Both the position numbers and the translations under genes were made by a program. A stretch of 53,417 nt of DNA from a virus (lineage: Duplodnaviria > Caudoviricetes): IMG/VR virus record IMGVR_UViG_3300015194_000001, positions 1 to 53,417 of that record; one strand, 5' to 3'. Under the pieces are notes generated by a model. It saw only the letters and a program-made list of their open reading frames with translations. It was not told the origin of the DNA and did not search any database. Below are positions 36,306 through 45,130 of this stretch, piece after piece (positions within the stretch are counted from its first letter, which is position 1; each line of letters begins with the position of its first letter).

Positions 36306-39300
36306 TCACAGCAAGGCAGGAAACTGCACTGCAGGCTTGAGCGTGATGTTCTGCGGCTGAGTTTGCGCTGGAAGCATCACTTCCTGGTAGGCCGTTTTCA
36401 GTGTCGTCTGCGTAGTGGCTTGCAGGAGATTGATACCGCTGGCTGCAGGCCGCAGAGTGAATATCTGGTCGTCGAATACGACGCGAACGCCGCCACAATT
36501 TCCATTATTGTTGTTGACGGCAATTTGATAGTGCGTCTGGTTCACTCGAAGCTGCGCGCCCAGTCCGATGATCGCGTAGACACCCTTGAACCGGGCAAGG
36601 CTGACGTTGACGAGCGCCGAATAGCTCGGCGCGACAGCGACGCCAATGTCGATGAAGCCGAAAACTTGCCAGCGGCCAAACGCGGAGCTAGTGCCTACTG
36701 CGCTACCAACGCCCGTCACTGTTTCACGTGAAACGCCGAGTGCGGTCGAAGTGCCGGCTGCCCGCCCTGTGCTGACACCAGTAATGGAGGACTGGCCAGA
36801 GACCGTGGAGGAGCCGAAGGCCTGGCCAATCGCATTCGCCACTGCAAGGCCGACCGCCGTAGCGATCGACGTACCGCTGGCGTCGCCGCGCAGGACGGCG
36901 AGTGCAGAGCCAACGGCTGCCGCAATCGACGAACCTGCCGAGCTTGCAACAGCGATCGAGGCGGCAACACCAAAGCCACTGGCAGTGCTGGCACCAACGG
37001 AAGCTCCGACGCCCGGGTTGATGCCACCTGAGCTGGCGGAAGCGGCACCAGCCGCGTTGCCTGTCGCCCGCGCAAACGTTGCGCCAACACCTGTGGCTGT
37101 ACTGAGGCCTGTCGAAGTGCCTGTGGCCTGGCCGGACTGACTCGAAACGCCTGTCGCCGTGCCTGCGCCCGCCGCAGATCCTACGGCTTGAATGGCAAAC
37201 TGCGACGCGCCGGCTGCAGTCGACGTGCCAGCGGACGCACCGGCCGCCCGGAACAACGGAGCGCCTGCGCCAAAAGCTGTCGACAGGCCTGCGGCTGCGC
37301 CGGCGCCGAGCTCAAGCTCGACGGAAACGCCGCTGGCCGCCCCTGTACCCACTGCCGCGCCGACGCCGATCGCGAGCGGCGCGCCGACGCCGGCAGCAGT
37401 GCCAGCACCTGCAGATGATCCTGTCGCGGTACCGTTCTGATTCGAAGTGCCAGTTGCAGTGCCAGCACCTGCCGCTGAGCCAGAGGCCAAGACAAGCGAG
37501 AGGCTTGTCGCTGCGACCGTCGAAGATCCAGCAGCGGAGCCGGCGGCCGCGGAATTCTCGATGCCAACTGCAAGCGCTGCCGCAACGCCTGAGCTCGAGC
37601 CTGTGCTGCTGACAAAGCTCAGAGCCGAAGCGGACGCGCCCGCAACACCTGCCGATGCGCCTGCCGCAATTGCGAGAGGTAGGCCAGCGCCTGTTGCGAC
37701 GCCAGAGCCTGTCGACGAGCCTGCCGCAGCAGATGTTTGGGTTGCTGTGCCAGCGGCAACGGCAAGGCCTGCTGCTGTACCTGTGCCGATCGCGAGTGGT
37801 GCGCCAACCGCAGCAGTCGTAGATATGCCGGCCGCGCTGCCGGTGTTGGTCAGCGAGCTCGCGCCTAGGGCAGTGGCAGAGCCTGCTGAAGCTCCAGTGC
37901 CGATCGCAAGCGTCTTGCCCGTGCCGCTGACCGCGCCTGCACCGGTCGCTGCACCGGCGGCTGCCGAGTTCGCCGCGCCTACCGCAGTCGCTGCGCCGAC
38001 GCCTACGGCATTTCCGCGCTGCGCCGGCGCGCCGGCGCCTGTTGCTGCGCCGGCGCCTGTTGCTGCGCCGATGGAAACGGCTGAACCAGAGGCGAAGGCG
38101 AGAGCGGTGCTGGTGCCGACAGACGAACCTGTCGAAGTCGCAAGTAGCGAACCGACGCCTGTCGCGGCGCCAGAGCCTACAGCCGTGCCTTGATTGGCGG
38201 GAGCGCCAGCCGCTGTTGCAGATCCAACGCCGACCGCCGAGCCTGCTCCGATCGCCAGGGCTGTCGATGTCGAGGTTGCCGCGCCGGCGCCAGCCGACAC
38301 GCCGGTTCCGGCTGCACGCGGTGCGCCGACGCCTGTCGCTGCGCCTGTGCCTACAGAGCTGCCCTGGTCTGCAGGCTGCGACGTTGCAGTCGCAGTCGCC
38401 ACGCCCGCTGAGTTGCCGGCGGCTGCAGTCGAGGCCGAAGACGTAGCCGCGGCTGTCGCAACACCAGCACTCGATCCAGCCGCAATCGCAAGCGCAAAGC
38501 CGACACCGGCCGCGGCGCCAGCGCCTGCACTCCCGCCTGTAGCAACAGATGTCTGAGTCGACGTCGCAGCGGCAGTACCAACCCCTGCGCTGGAGCCTGT
38601 CGCCGCAGCATTGCTGCGGCCTACGCCTGTGACGGAGCTTGTGCCTGCAGAGGATCCAACCGTCTGCGTCTGACCGACCGCGGAAACAGTCGCTACGCCG
38701 GTAGACAAGCCTGCTGCAGCCGCAAGCGGTGTGCCTGTGCCTGTGGCAGCGCTGACACCCGATGACGCGCCGACAGCTTGAACCTGCCCAACCGCTGTTG
38801 CTGTGCCCGCACCAGCAGAGAGCCCTGCTCCGATCGCGAGGGGCGAGCCAACACCCGTCGCAGCGCTTGTGCCTGCAGAAGATCCAGTCGCAAGCTCGAT
38901 CTCGGTGCTAGCGCCAGATGCGGTAGCAACACCAGAACTGGATCCGGAAGCTACAGCAAGAGGAGAGCCAACACCCGTCGCTGCGCTTGTGCCTGCAGAA
39001 GATCCAGTCGCAAGCTCAATCTCGGTGCTAGCGCCAGATGCGGCACCTACGCCGGCGGCAAAGCCTGAAGCCTGCGCAGTAGACGTACCGACACCAAGCG
39101 CAGTGGCAACGCCTGCGGCGGCGCCAGTCGCAAGCTCGATCTCGGTGCTGGTGCCGCTGGCAGTCGCAACGCCTGCGCTGGATCCAGTAGCAGTGAAGCG
39201 CGGCGCGCCTGTTGCCGAGGCCGAACCAACGCCGGCTGCCAAGCCGACCGCCTGCGCCTGACCCACGCCCAGAGCGGAACCTACGCCTGCAGAGGAGCCC

Positions 39301-40331
39301 GTTGCGATCGCGAGCGCCAAACCGACACCTGTCGCCGCGCCGGCGCCCGCCGCCGAACCGACCGACTGGGTCTGCCCTACAGCAGCAGCAGTGCCGACTC
39401 CCGAACTCGAGCCTGTTGCGCTTGCCAGCGTCGCGCCTATCGCAGTCGCTGCCCCTGTGCCCGCCGAAGATCCAACTGACTGCACCTGCCCGAGCGCAGC
39501 CGCAGTGCCAACCCCCGCGCTGGATCCACTGGAGATGACGAGCGCAGACCCCGCGCCTGTGGCTGTGCTTGTGCCCGCCGACGAACCAACTGCGAGCACC
39601 TGGCCAATCGCGGCCGCAGTCGAAAGACCTGTGCTTGAGCCTATCGAGACCGCCAGAGAGGCGCCAACAGCCAACGCGGCACCAGTGCCGGCGCTAGAAC
39701 CAACGGACTGCGTCTGCCCTACAGCGGCAGCAGCACCAGCGCCTGCACTCGAGCCAGATGTGGCCACAAGCGAAGAGCCGACACCGGAGGCTGCTCCGGC
39801 GCCTGCGCTAGACCCTGCGGTTGTCGAAAGAACTGCGCTCGCGGCCGAGGCAGCACCAACTCCAGAGCTAGAGCCAACGGAAACCGCAAAGGTGGCGCCA
39901 ACCCCTGTCGCAGCGCCTGTTCCTGCGCTGGATCCCGTTGCAGCCGTGACCGTTGTACTGACGCCTGTCGCTGCGCCAGCGCCAGAACTAGCGCCTGCGG
40001 CAACTGCGAGTGTCGAGCCAACTCCTGATCCGGCGCCAACACCTGCGCTCGATCCGACCGAAGACGACAGCTCAGCGCCAACGCCTGCTACCGCTCCGAC
40101 TCCTGCGCTGGACCCAGTGCCAATCGCAAAGGTTGCACCAACGCTTGCTGCGGCTCCGACTCCTGCGCTAGATCCGACTCCGATTGCGAGCGCAGCGCCA
40201 ACGCCTGTTGCTGCGCCAACACCTGCCGCTGCTCCGGAACCAACGGCCGCACCGCTCCCCAGCGGCAGAGTCAGGCTCGCCCAGCTAACGCTCGCCTGTA
40301 CCGCGGAGCCGGGGAAGAGCAGGATCAGCAT
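36306..40331 (-). CDS. Gly/Ala/Ser/Thr repeat protein (1341 aa), putative fibre rope/ruler
   Basis: Roughly 60 tandem 18-20 aa units of consensus GSSAGxGxAxGVGxxxxxxx, then a unique C-terminus of about 120 aa; uninterrupted frame with diverged synonymous codons. Confidence 0.8.
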   Translation of the reverse strand: MLILLFPGSAVQASVSWASLTLPLGSGAAVGSGAAAGVGAATGVGAALAIGVGSSAGVGAAASVGATFAIGTGSSAGVGAVAGVGAELSSSVGSSAGVGAGSGVGSTLAVAAGASSGAGAATGVSTTVTAATGSSAGTGAATGVGATFAVSVGSSSGVGAASAASAVLSTTAGSSAGAGAASGVGSSLVATSGSSAGAGAAAAVGQTQSVGSSAGTGAALAVGASLAVSIGSSTGLSTAAAIGQVLAVGSSAGTSTATGAGSALVISSGSSAGVGTAAALGQVQSVGSSAGTGAATAIGATLASATGSSSGVGTAAAVGQTQSVGSAAGAGAATGVGLALAIATGSSAGVGSALGVGQAQAVGLAAGVGSASATGAPRFTATGSSAGVATASGTSTEIELATGAAAGVATALGVGTSTAQASGFAAGVGAASGASTEIELATGSSAGTSAATGVGSPLAVASGSSSGVATASGASTEIELATGSSAGTSAATGVGSPLAIGAGLSAGAGTATAVGQVQAVGASSGVSAATGTGTPLAAAAGLSTGVATVSAVGQTQTVGSSAGTSSVTGVGRSNAAATGSSAGVGTAAATSTQTSVATGGSAGAGAAAGVGFALAIAAGSSAGVATAAATSSASTAAAGNSAGVATATATSQPADQGSSVGTGAATGVGAPRAAGTGVSAGAGAATSTSTALAIGAGSAVGVGSATAAGAPANQGTAVGSGAATGVGSLLATSTGSSVGTSTALAFASGSAVSIGAATGAGAATGAGAPAQRGNAVGVGAATAVGAANSAAAGAATGAGAVSGTGKTLAIGTGASAGSATALGASSLTNTGSAAGISTTAAVGAPLAIGTGTAAGLAVAAGTATQTSAAAGSSTGSGVATGAGLPLAIAAGASAGVAGASASALSFVSSTGSSSGVAAALAVGIENSAAAGSAAGSSTVAATSLSLVLASGSAAGAGTATGTSNQNGTATGSSAGAGTAAGVGAPLAIGVGAAVGTGAASGVSVELELGAGAAAGLSTAFGAGAPLFRAAGASAGTSTAAGASQFAIQAVGSAAGAGTATGVSSQSGQATGTSTGLSTATGVGATFARATGNAAGAASASSGGINPGVGASVGASTASGFGVAASIAVASSAGSSIAAAVGSALAVLRGDASGTSIATAVGLAVANAIGQAFGSSTVSGQSSITGVSTGRAAGTSTALGVSRETVTGVGSAVGTSSAFGRWQVFGFIDIGVAVAPSYSALVNVSLARFKGVYAIIGLGAQLRVNQTHYQIAVNNNNGNCGGVRVVFDDQIFTLRPAASGINLLQATTQTTLKTAYQEVMLPAQTQPQNITLKPAVQFPALL
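38842..39043. repeat. Near-identical tandem duplication with 120-nt period inside the repeat gene
   Basis: About 82 nt at 38842 recur at 38962 with 3 mismatches; partial third copy at 39124. Confidence 0.85.
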
Positions 40332-40334
40332 GTC

Positions 40335-42059
40335 TTACGTGTAGCTGATCGACAGCTTGACCTGTGCGGCGACGATGCCCGTGGTGTCAGCGTCGGCAAT
40401 CAGGTTGGTGATCGCGTAGGCCAGTCCCGTGGCCATCAACATACCCATCGCACCGAACTGCAGGTTCAGCGGCACGCCGCTCGCCGGAATCGAGAACGTC
40501 TCGAATGGGACGTCGGTGCCCACCACTGGGGCTGATGCCTTGTTGTAGAGCTTCAGAAAACAGACTGCCGCGCCGATGTTCGTCACCGTGATCTGCCACA
40601 CACGCGCACTCGACGTCTTCACCGACGTTGCGTTGGTCGTCGCCGCACTCGACAGGTTCGCTGCCGTAATTGCAGCCGGCGTTGAAGCTGAAACCGTGCT
40701 GACGGTCGTAACCGTGGCCAGCGTTTGTGCTGCGGCGAGCGCAGCAGTGACTTGAAAGTTCACCGCTGCCGACTGGAAGACAGAAGGTTGAACCGGAATG
40801 TGCGTCTGCGCGCTGAGACGCGTGAATGCCTGCAAACCGGTCGTCGTGCCTGTGATGCCGGTGGAGATGCGCGCGCGGAAGTAGCGGAAGTACAGCGGGC
40901 CGACAAACGTCCTGACCGTCGCCGATGTCACCGTGTAACCCGTGACGGGCGCGGCCGCCGGGCTGATCATGTCGTAGAGCGGGACCGCTTGCCAGTTGGT
41001 GTTGTCGTTCGACGCTTCAAACGTGACGACACCAGCCGTGACCGTACCCGCCGCCGGAACAATCTGAATTCCGATCGAGCGGTAGAGCAACACATCGCTG
41101 GCGCTGGCAGTGCTGCCTATCACCAGGTTGTTGTTCAGCGTCAGCTGTGCACTGTTGCCGATAAGTTGCGAATCGGCGATGTTGGCTTGATCGCTTGCAA
41201 GCACAACCGGCAGTGCGTTGACGCTCGTGTTTGCTCCTGACACGGGCACTTTGGTGAGCAAGCGCTTGATCAGCGCGATCAAACTGAACTGCCCAGTGTC
41301 GGTGCCTGCGCTGCTATCGACCTGATTGCCGATGTTCAGGTCTTGCACGACCACCGAGGGGTCAGTTAGAGCGACGTTGGTGCTCGCAGCTTTGACGGCC
41401 GCGCCGAGCGAGACGAGGTTGGTCGTGCCCGGCGTGGTCTGGTCGATGCCGACCTTACCGATGACGTTCGCGCCGCCTGGGATCGAAGCGTTCAGAAAGA
41501 CCGCGCCCACGCCGTCCGCCAGCCGGAGGAGCACCGCCGGGGTGCCTGTCAACGTACCGGTCTGGCGGCAGCGAAAGTACTTCAGCCCACTCGTATTGCC
41601 ACGGTAGATGCCACCGGTCGTTGCGTTGTTCGACAGCACAGTGTTGACCACACCTGTCTGCCGCCCATTCAGAGCGATCCAAGTGCCGTCGCTGCCGTTC
41701 GTCGAGTCAATCGAGCCCTCGAAATAAATCGCGCCAGTGGTCTGGCCTGTGATTTGCGCAATCCAAACGCTGTCGCCTCCTAGGGACAGGACGAACACCG
41801 CACTTCCGGCTGTCGGAACGCCAGTGACAGACACTCCCGCGCCTGCTGGGATACCAGCCACCACATCGGTCGCAGTGATCGTGCCGCTGGCCACAATGTC
41901 CGGGGCCATGATCACCTGAGTCGGCAACGGCGCAGCCACGGCGACTTGGTTGACCGCTCCAGCTGCACCCCACTCCATCTTGACGAGCTGGTGCGATTCG
42001 GCGGAGATCGTGTCGACAGCGATAACAGCGCCGCCGGCGGGGAGAGTAACGCCAGTCAT
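40335..42059 (-). CDS. Multi-domain beta-rich virion accessory protein
   Basis: Two similar FE(G/A)S.D...W...YFR.R domains plus a C-terminal SAATTNATSVK..FLKLYNKASAP domain; AAGGA RBS. Confidence 0.6.
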   Translation of the reverse strand: MTGVTLPAGGAVIAVDTISAESHQLVKMEWGAAGAVNQVAVAAPLPTQVIMAPDIVASGTITATDVVAGIPAGAGVSVTGVPTAGSAVFVLSLGGDSVWIAQITGQTTGAIYFEGSIDSTNGSDGTWIALNGRQTGVVNTVLSNNATTGGIYRGNTSGLKYFRCRQTGTLTGTPAVLLRLADGVGAVFLNASIPGGANVIGKVGIDQTTPGTTNLVSLGAAVKAASTNVALTDPSVVVQDLNIGNQVDSSAGTDTGQFSLIALIKRLLTKVPVSGANTSVNALPVVLASDQANIADSQLIGNSAQLTLNNNLVIGSTASASDVLLYRSIGIQIVPAAGTVTAGVVTFEASNDNTNWQAVPLYDMISPAAAPVTGYTVTSATVRTFVGPLYFRYFRARISTGITGTTTGLQAFTRLSAQTHIPVQPSVFQSAAVNFQVTAALAAAQTLATVTTVSTVSASTPAAITAANLSSAATTNATSVKTSSARVWQITVTNIGAAVCFLKLYNKASAPVVGTDVPFETFSIPASGVPLNLQFGAMGMLMATGLAYAITNLIADADTTGIVAAQVKLSISYT

Positions 42060-42068
42060 GGTCGTCCT

Positions 42069-43289
42069 TTAAGAAGCTGCGAAACGCAAGCGCAGATCGG
42101 TGTAATCCGTGATGTTCGCGGCCTGCAAACTGGTCACAGCCTGCGCAAAAGTCGTGTAGACCGCTGGTGCTGGATTGTGGGTCCAGGTTGCGATGACGGT
42201 TGCACCTTGCATAAGATCAACCGTCAAAATTCCTGCACCCTGGCACCTGTAGTTGACGATGTGGCCTGTGCTGACACCGGGACTGCTCGCTGCCTGCAGC
42301 TTGACGACCATCGTGCTCGCGTTCGGCGTACTGTCGTACTGCACATCGCTGGCAGGACTCTCGTTGATCGTGGCGTAGAGGCTGATGCCAGTGCTTGGCG
42401 TCCAGTTGCCGGCGCTGATGTCCGAGGCGGGATAAACGGTCTGGACGCTAACGCCCGGCGTAATCGGGGGCAGCGTGCCTTTGGTCTTGGCAAACAACTG
42501 CCACGGGTTCTTGCGCAGGCTGTTGATCTCGTTGTCCGACAGCACTCGGTTCCACCCTGCCACAAGGTCGATCAGCCCGTAGAACACGCATTGGGAGTCG
42601 GCCGGATCAGAGCCGATCTGCCGCGACAGCCCGGCGTCGGTCATGTTTTGGTTAGCGCCTGGGAACGTGCCCGTCAGCTTCGTCTCTTCAAACCAGACGG
42701 CGTGCGCAGCGCTGTCCTTGGTCTGCGCGTAGAAGTGTGGGCTGCCATCGTTGATTGACGCGGCGCACTGTGGTCGCAGTTGCAGGAGCTGTCCGTCGTC
42801 GGTTCGGTAGGTGAACTCGACGTTCGGCCCGGTGGTTGACCCACCGCTGTTGGCCCCGACGGGACCGATCTTGTAGATGTCCCCGCCGACCACGCCTGAG
42901 CGCTCACAGTAGATTGCGTCGCCGTTGTTGTCGATCACTTGATTACCGCTAGCTACGCCTGAGAGCGCCCCGTTCGTACCGGCGATGGCGATCAGTGTGG
43001 ACTGCGCAAGCACTCCCATGAGCGCGCCTGTACCAAGCAGAAGACCTGGGTTGCCGCTATTGGTGCCTGAGCTGACGGTCACACCATCGACGTACAGCGA
43101 ACCTGTCTTGGTCTTCGTGTATGTCTCGGTGCTGCTCGTTGGGATGAGTCCCAGCGTGCCCGGGTTGCCGCCTGCAACGTCCTTCTGAAACCCGGGCTGG
43201 ATCAGCATGATCAGCCCCTTACAGATCGGATTGCTCCAATCGGGGTAGGTCAGTGTCCTTGGCGGCAGTCTGCGCGTCTCGCGGGGCAT
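42069..43289 (-). CDS. LamG/concanavalin-like lectin domain protein
   Basis: INDG.PH, FYGLIDLVAGWNRVLSDNEI..L..NPWQLF motif; C-terminal ITDYTDLRLRF domain. Confidence 0.65.
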   Translation of the reverse strand: MPRETRRLPPRTLTYPDWSNPICKGLIMLIQPGFQKDVAGGNPGTLGLIPTSSTETYTKTKTGSLYVDGVTVSSGTNSGNPGLLLGTGALMGVLAQSTLIAIAGTNGALSGVASGNQVIDNNGDAIYCERSGVVGGDIYKIGPVGANSGGSTTGPNVEFTYRTDDGQLLQLRPQCAASINDGSPHFYAQTKDSAAHAVWFEETKLTGTFPGANQNMTDAGLSRQIGSDPADSQCVFYGLIDLVAGWNRVLSDNEINSLRKNPWQLFAKTKGTLPPITPGVSVQTVYPASDISAGNWTPSTGISLYATINESPASDVQYDSTPNASTMVVKLQAASSPGVSTGHIVNYRCQGAGILTVDLMQGATVIATWTHNPAPAVYTTFAQAVTSLQAANITDYTDLRLRFAAS

Positions 43290-43305
43290 CTCCTGTTCTC
43301 CCCGC

Positions 43306-43755
43306 TTAGGCGTTCTGGCTGCTGACTTCCCGGTAGGAAACGGTGGCCGCGCTTAGCGCCACACCGCAGTCATTGAAAAAGATTAGCTTCTGGAAGTACG
43401 GCTGGAAGTTGAAGGCTTGCGAGATCTCGAAGACCTCGGTCGCTACTTGCGAGCTGGTGGTCACTCGGACGACGCCGATCTGGCGAAGCTGGTTCTCGTC
43501 CGTCGTCGTGGTACCGGTCTCGGGGCCGCTGCCGTAGGTGGTTCCGTCGAGTGACGGCTTGACGAACACCTTGATCAGTTTGTTGCCGGTCGGCGCACCG
43601 TTCGGTGTAACGCTGACGATGACGGAGAGACCTACAGGCTTGTTGGTGCTGACATCCAGAGCGGCGCTGACTGCGTACGTGGCGACAGCCAGTGTCGACA
43701 GACCGGTGACGGTCAGCGTCGTGGTCGTCCCTAGTGGCTGGTTGGTGGTCGTCAT
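43306..43755 (-). CDS. Small beta-sandwich virion accessory protein
   Basis: VFV.PSLDGTTY..P.F..L...ND.G.AL pattern; Thr/Val-rich. Confidence 0.6.
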   Translation of the reverse strand: MTTTNQPLGTTTTLTVTGLSTLAVATYAVSAALDVSTNKPVGLSVIVSVTPNGAPTGNKLIKVFVKPSLDGTTYGSGPETGTTTTDENQLRQIGVVRVTTSSQVATEVFEISQAFNFQPYFQKLIFFNDCGVALSAATVSYREVSSQNA

Positions 43756-43781
43756 GATGCGGGTACTTCAGGCCCAGTCCG

Positions 43782-44258
43782 TCAGGAGTTGATGGCCAGA
43801 ACGATGTCGGGTTGGCTGAATGTGCCTTCGAAGACCAGGCTGCCTGGTGTCAGGGCGGTTCCGGTGCCGGTTGCGTACAGCGCCTCGCCGCGCCTGGCCG
43901 CTCGCTTCCAGAGTGCGAGTAGGGCTGCCTTGGTGGTTGCCGCGGAACTGAACACGTCGTCGAAGAACTGACGTCGGTCGGCGAGGGAGGGGTTCACTCC
44001 GTTGGGCGAAAACTGCGCGATGGTTTGCAGCCGCGTCTGGTTTGCGCCTGTGAGGTTGCCCAGTTCTGCGCCGTTAAAGGCGTCTCCGATGTCGTTGATC
44101 CTGACATTGGTCTTCCAGACGATGAACGCCCCGGCGGTGTTGTAGAAGTCCACCATTGGCCCCAAGGCCCCAGCCAGACGCGCGGCGACGAACGTCGGGT
44201 CGGTCTCAGCGGCGATCGCCGCCTTGAGAGTCAGGTACTGGGCAGGAGTGAGAGCCAT
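43782..44258 (-). CDS. Conserved-looking phage hypothetical protein
   Basis: GAGG RBS; MALTPAQY.TLKAAI...GVNPS....R..F.DVFS. Confidence 0.65.
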   Translation of the reverse strand: MALTPAQYLTLKAAIAAETDPTFVAARLAGALGPMVDFYNTAGAFIVWKTNVRINDIGDAFNGAELGNLTGANQTRLQTIAQFSPNGVNPSLADRRQFFDDVFSSAATTKAALLALWKRAARRGEALYATGTGTALTPGSLVFEGTFSQPDIVLAINS

Positions 44259-44275
44259 GACGCATCCTCGATGTC

Positions 44276-44317
44276 AAAGTACAAACGCGGTCACGAAGAC
44301 AGATCCTCGAGACCGCG
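44276..44317 (-). terminator. Possible leaky terminator after the 145-aa gene
   Basis: CGCGGTC/GACCGCG stem extended by CGA/TCG, followed by TTTGTACTTT on the minus strand. Confidence 0.5.
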
Positions 44318-44350
44318 CCAGGACCAAAGCCAGCCTGCGCCGGCTTCGGA

Positions 44351-44788
44351 TTAGTCTTCGGTGATGGCAGTGGACGTCGCGAGCTGCGGGGTCACACCGG
44401 TCGAGACACTCATGTTCGGCGTGACCGTGCCGCTGTAGAAGATCTTGCTGGCGCCGCTCACCGCAGCGCCGACAGAGAAGAAGGTGATCGTGTTGGTGCC
44501 CGCGGTGCAAGCCGGGAACGAGATCGTCGCCACCGGGTTGGCAGTCGTCGGCGCCGTGCCGCTGATAGCCCAGCCGCCCGAGGTGCGCGCCACCGTAGCG
44601 CGCGCGTAGCCGGTGTAGGTCGCTTCGGACGTCGCCTGCGTGCCGGTCTCGCCAGGGTCGGCGGTGTGCAGCGCGACGAACAGGTTGGTCAGCGGTGCAG
44701 TCGCCGCGTTGTCCGCGAGGTTCGCAATCGCAGTGGCGTTGAAAACCAACTTGAGAATGTCGCTTTCGAACGTGTCTGACTTGGACAT
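44351..44788 (-). CDS. Putative fibre bead subunit (145 aa)
   Basis: E..IL...FN..LFVALHTADPGE.G....EATYTGYAR..V.R..ISFP..IT.F.VG pattern; GGAG RBS; GC3-rich codons like the capsid gene. Confidence 0.7.
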   Translation of the reverse strand: MSKSDTFESDILKLVFNATAIANLADNAATAPLTNLFVALHTADPGETGTQATSEATYTGYARATVARTSGGWAISGTAPTTANPVATISFPACTAGTNTITFFSVGAAVSGASKIFYSGTVTPNMSVSTGVTPQLATSTAITED

Positions 44789-44815
44789 GCGGATACTCCG
44801 GTGAGAACTGTTGAA

Positions 44816-45130
44816 CTATACGGTAACGTCATCGGAAACCACAAGGGCTGCCGACTGCGTCGAGAAAATATGACCGCCTTGCGTGAACTGGATGTCCCAC
44901 CGCAACTCGCCCGTCGGCCAATTTTGCGTAGGGCCAGAGTCAAGCGTGAAATCACCGACACCAGCGCCGGCAGTTACAACCAGAGTGGAGATCAGTTTGC
45001 CGTCAGGTGTGCGCACCTGGCTCTTGATACTGATGCCAAGGCCGGCATACGCGGCCGGAACACCAGTCGAATCCAGATACGTGCACGCGGGGATGAAGGT
45101 ATCGCCGCGCTTGTGTTGAATCTTCTGCAT
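44816..45130 (-). CDS. BppU-N/Ig-like adaptor protein
   Basis: KRGDTF..Y.D..G.P..IKSQVR..WP.G.L.WDIQFT; ATG overlaps the portal stop. Confidence 0.55.
   Translation of the reverse strand: MQKIQHKRGDTFIPACTYLDSTGVPAAYAGLGISIKSQVRTPDGKLISTLVVTAGAGVGDFTLDSGPTQNWPTGELRWDIQFTQGGHIFSTQSAALVVSDDVTV

Noticed and set aside
36306-40331. Ice-nucleation protein, PE-PGRS, collagen or silk-like identity for the 1341-aa protein
   Set aside because: Lacks the AGYGSTxT 8/16/48 periodicity, the PE domain and GGAGG motifs, and Gly-X-Y triplets; its period is 18-20 aa
36646-40344. Pro/Ala-rich plus-strand ORFs (for example 39391-40344, 37447-38193)
   Set aside because: Antisense shadows of Gly/Ala codons in the repeat gene; no RBS or operon context
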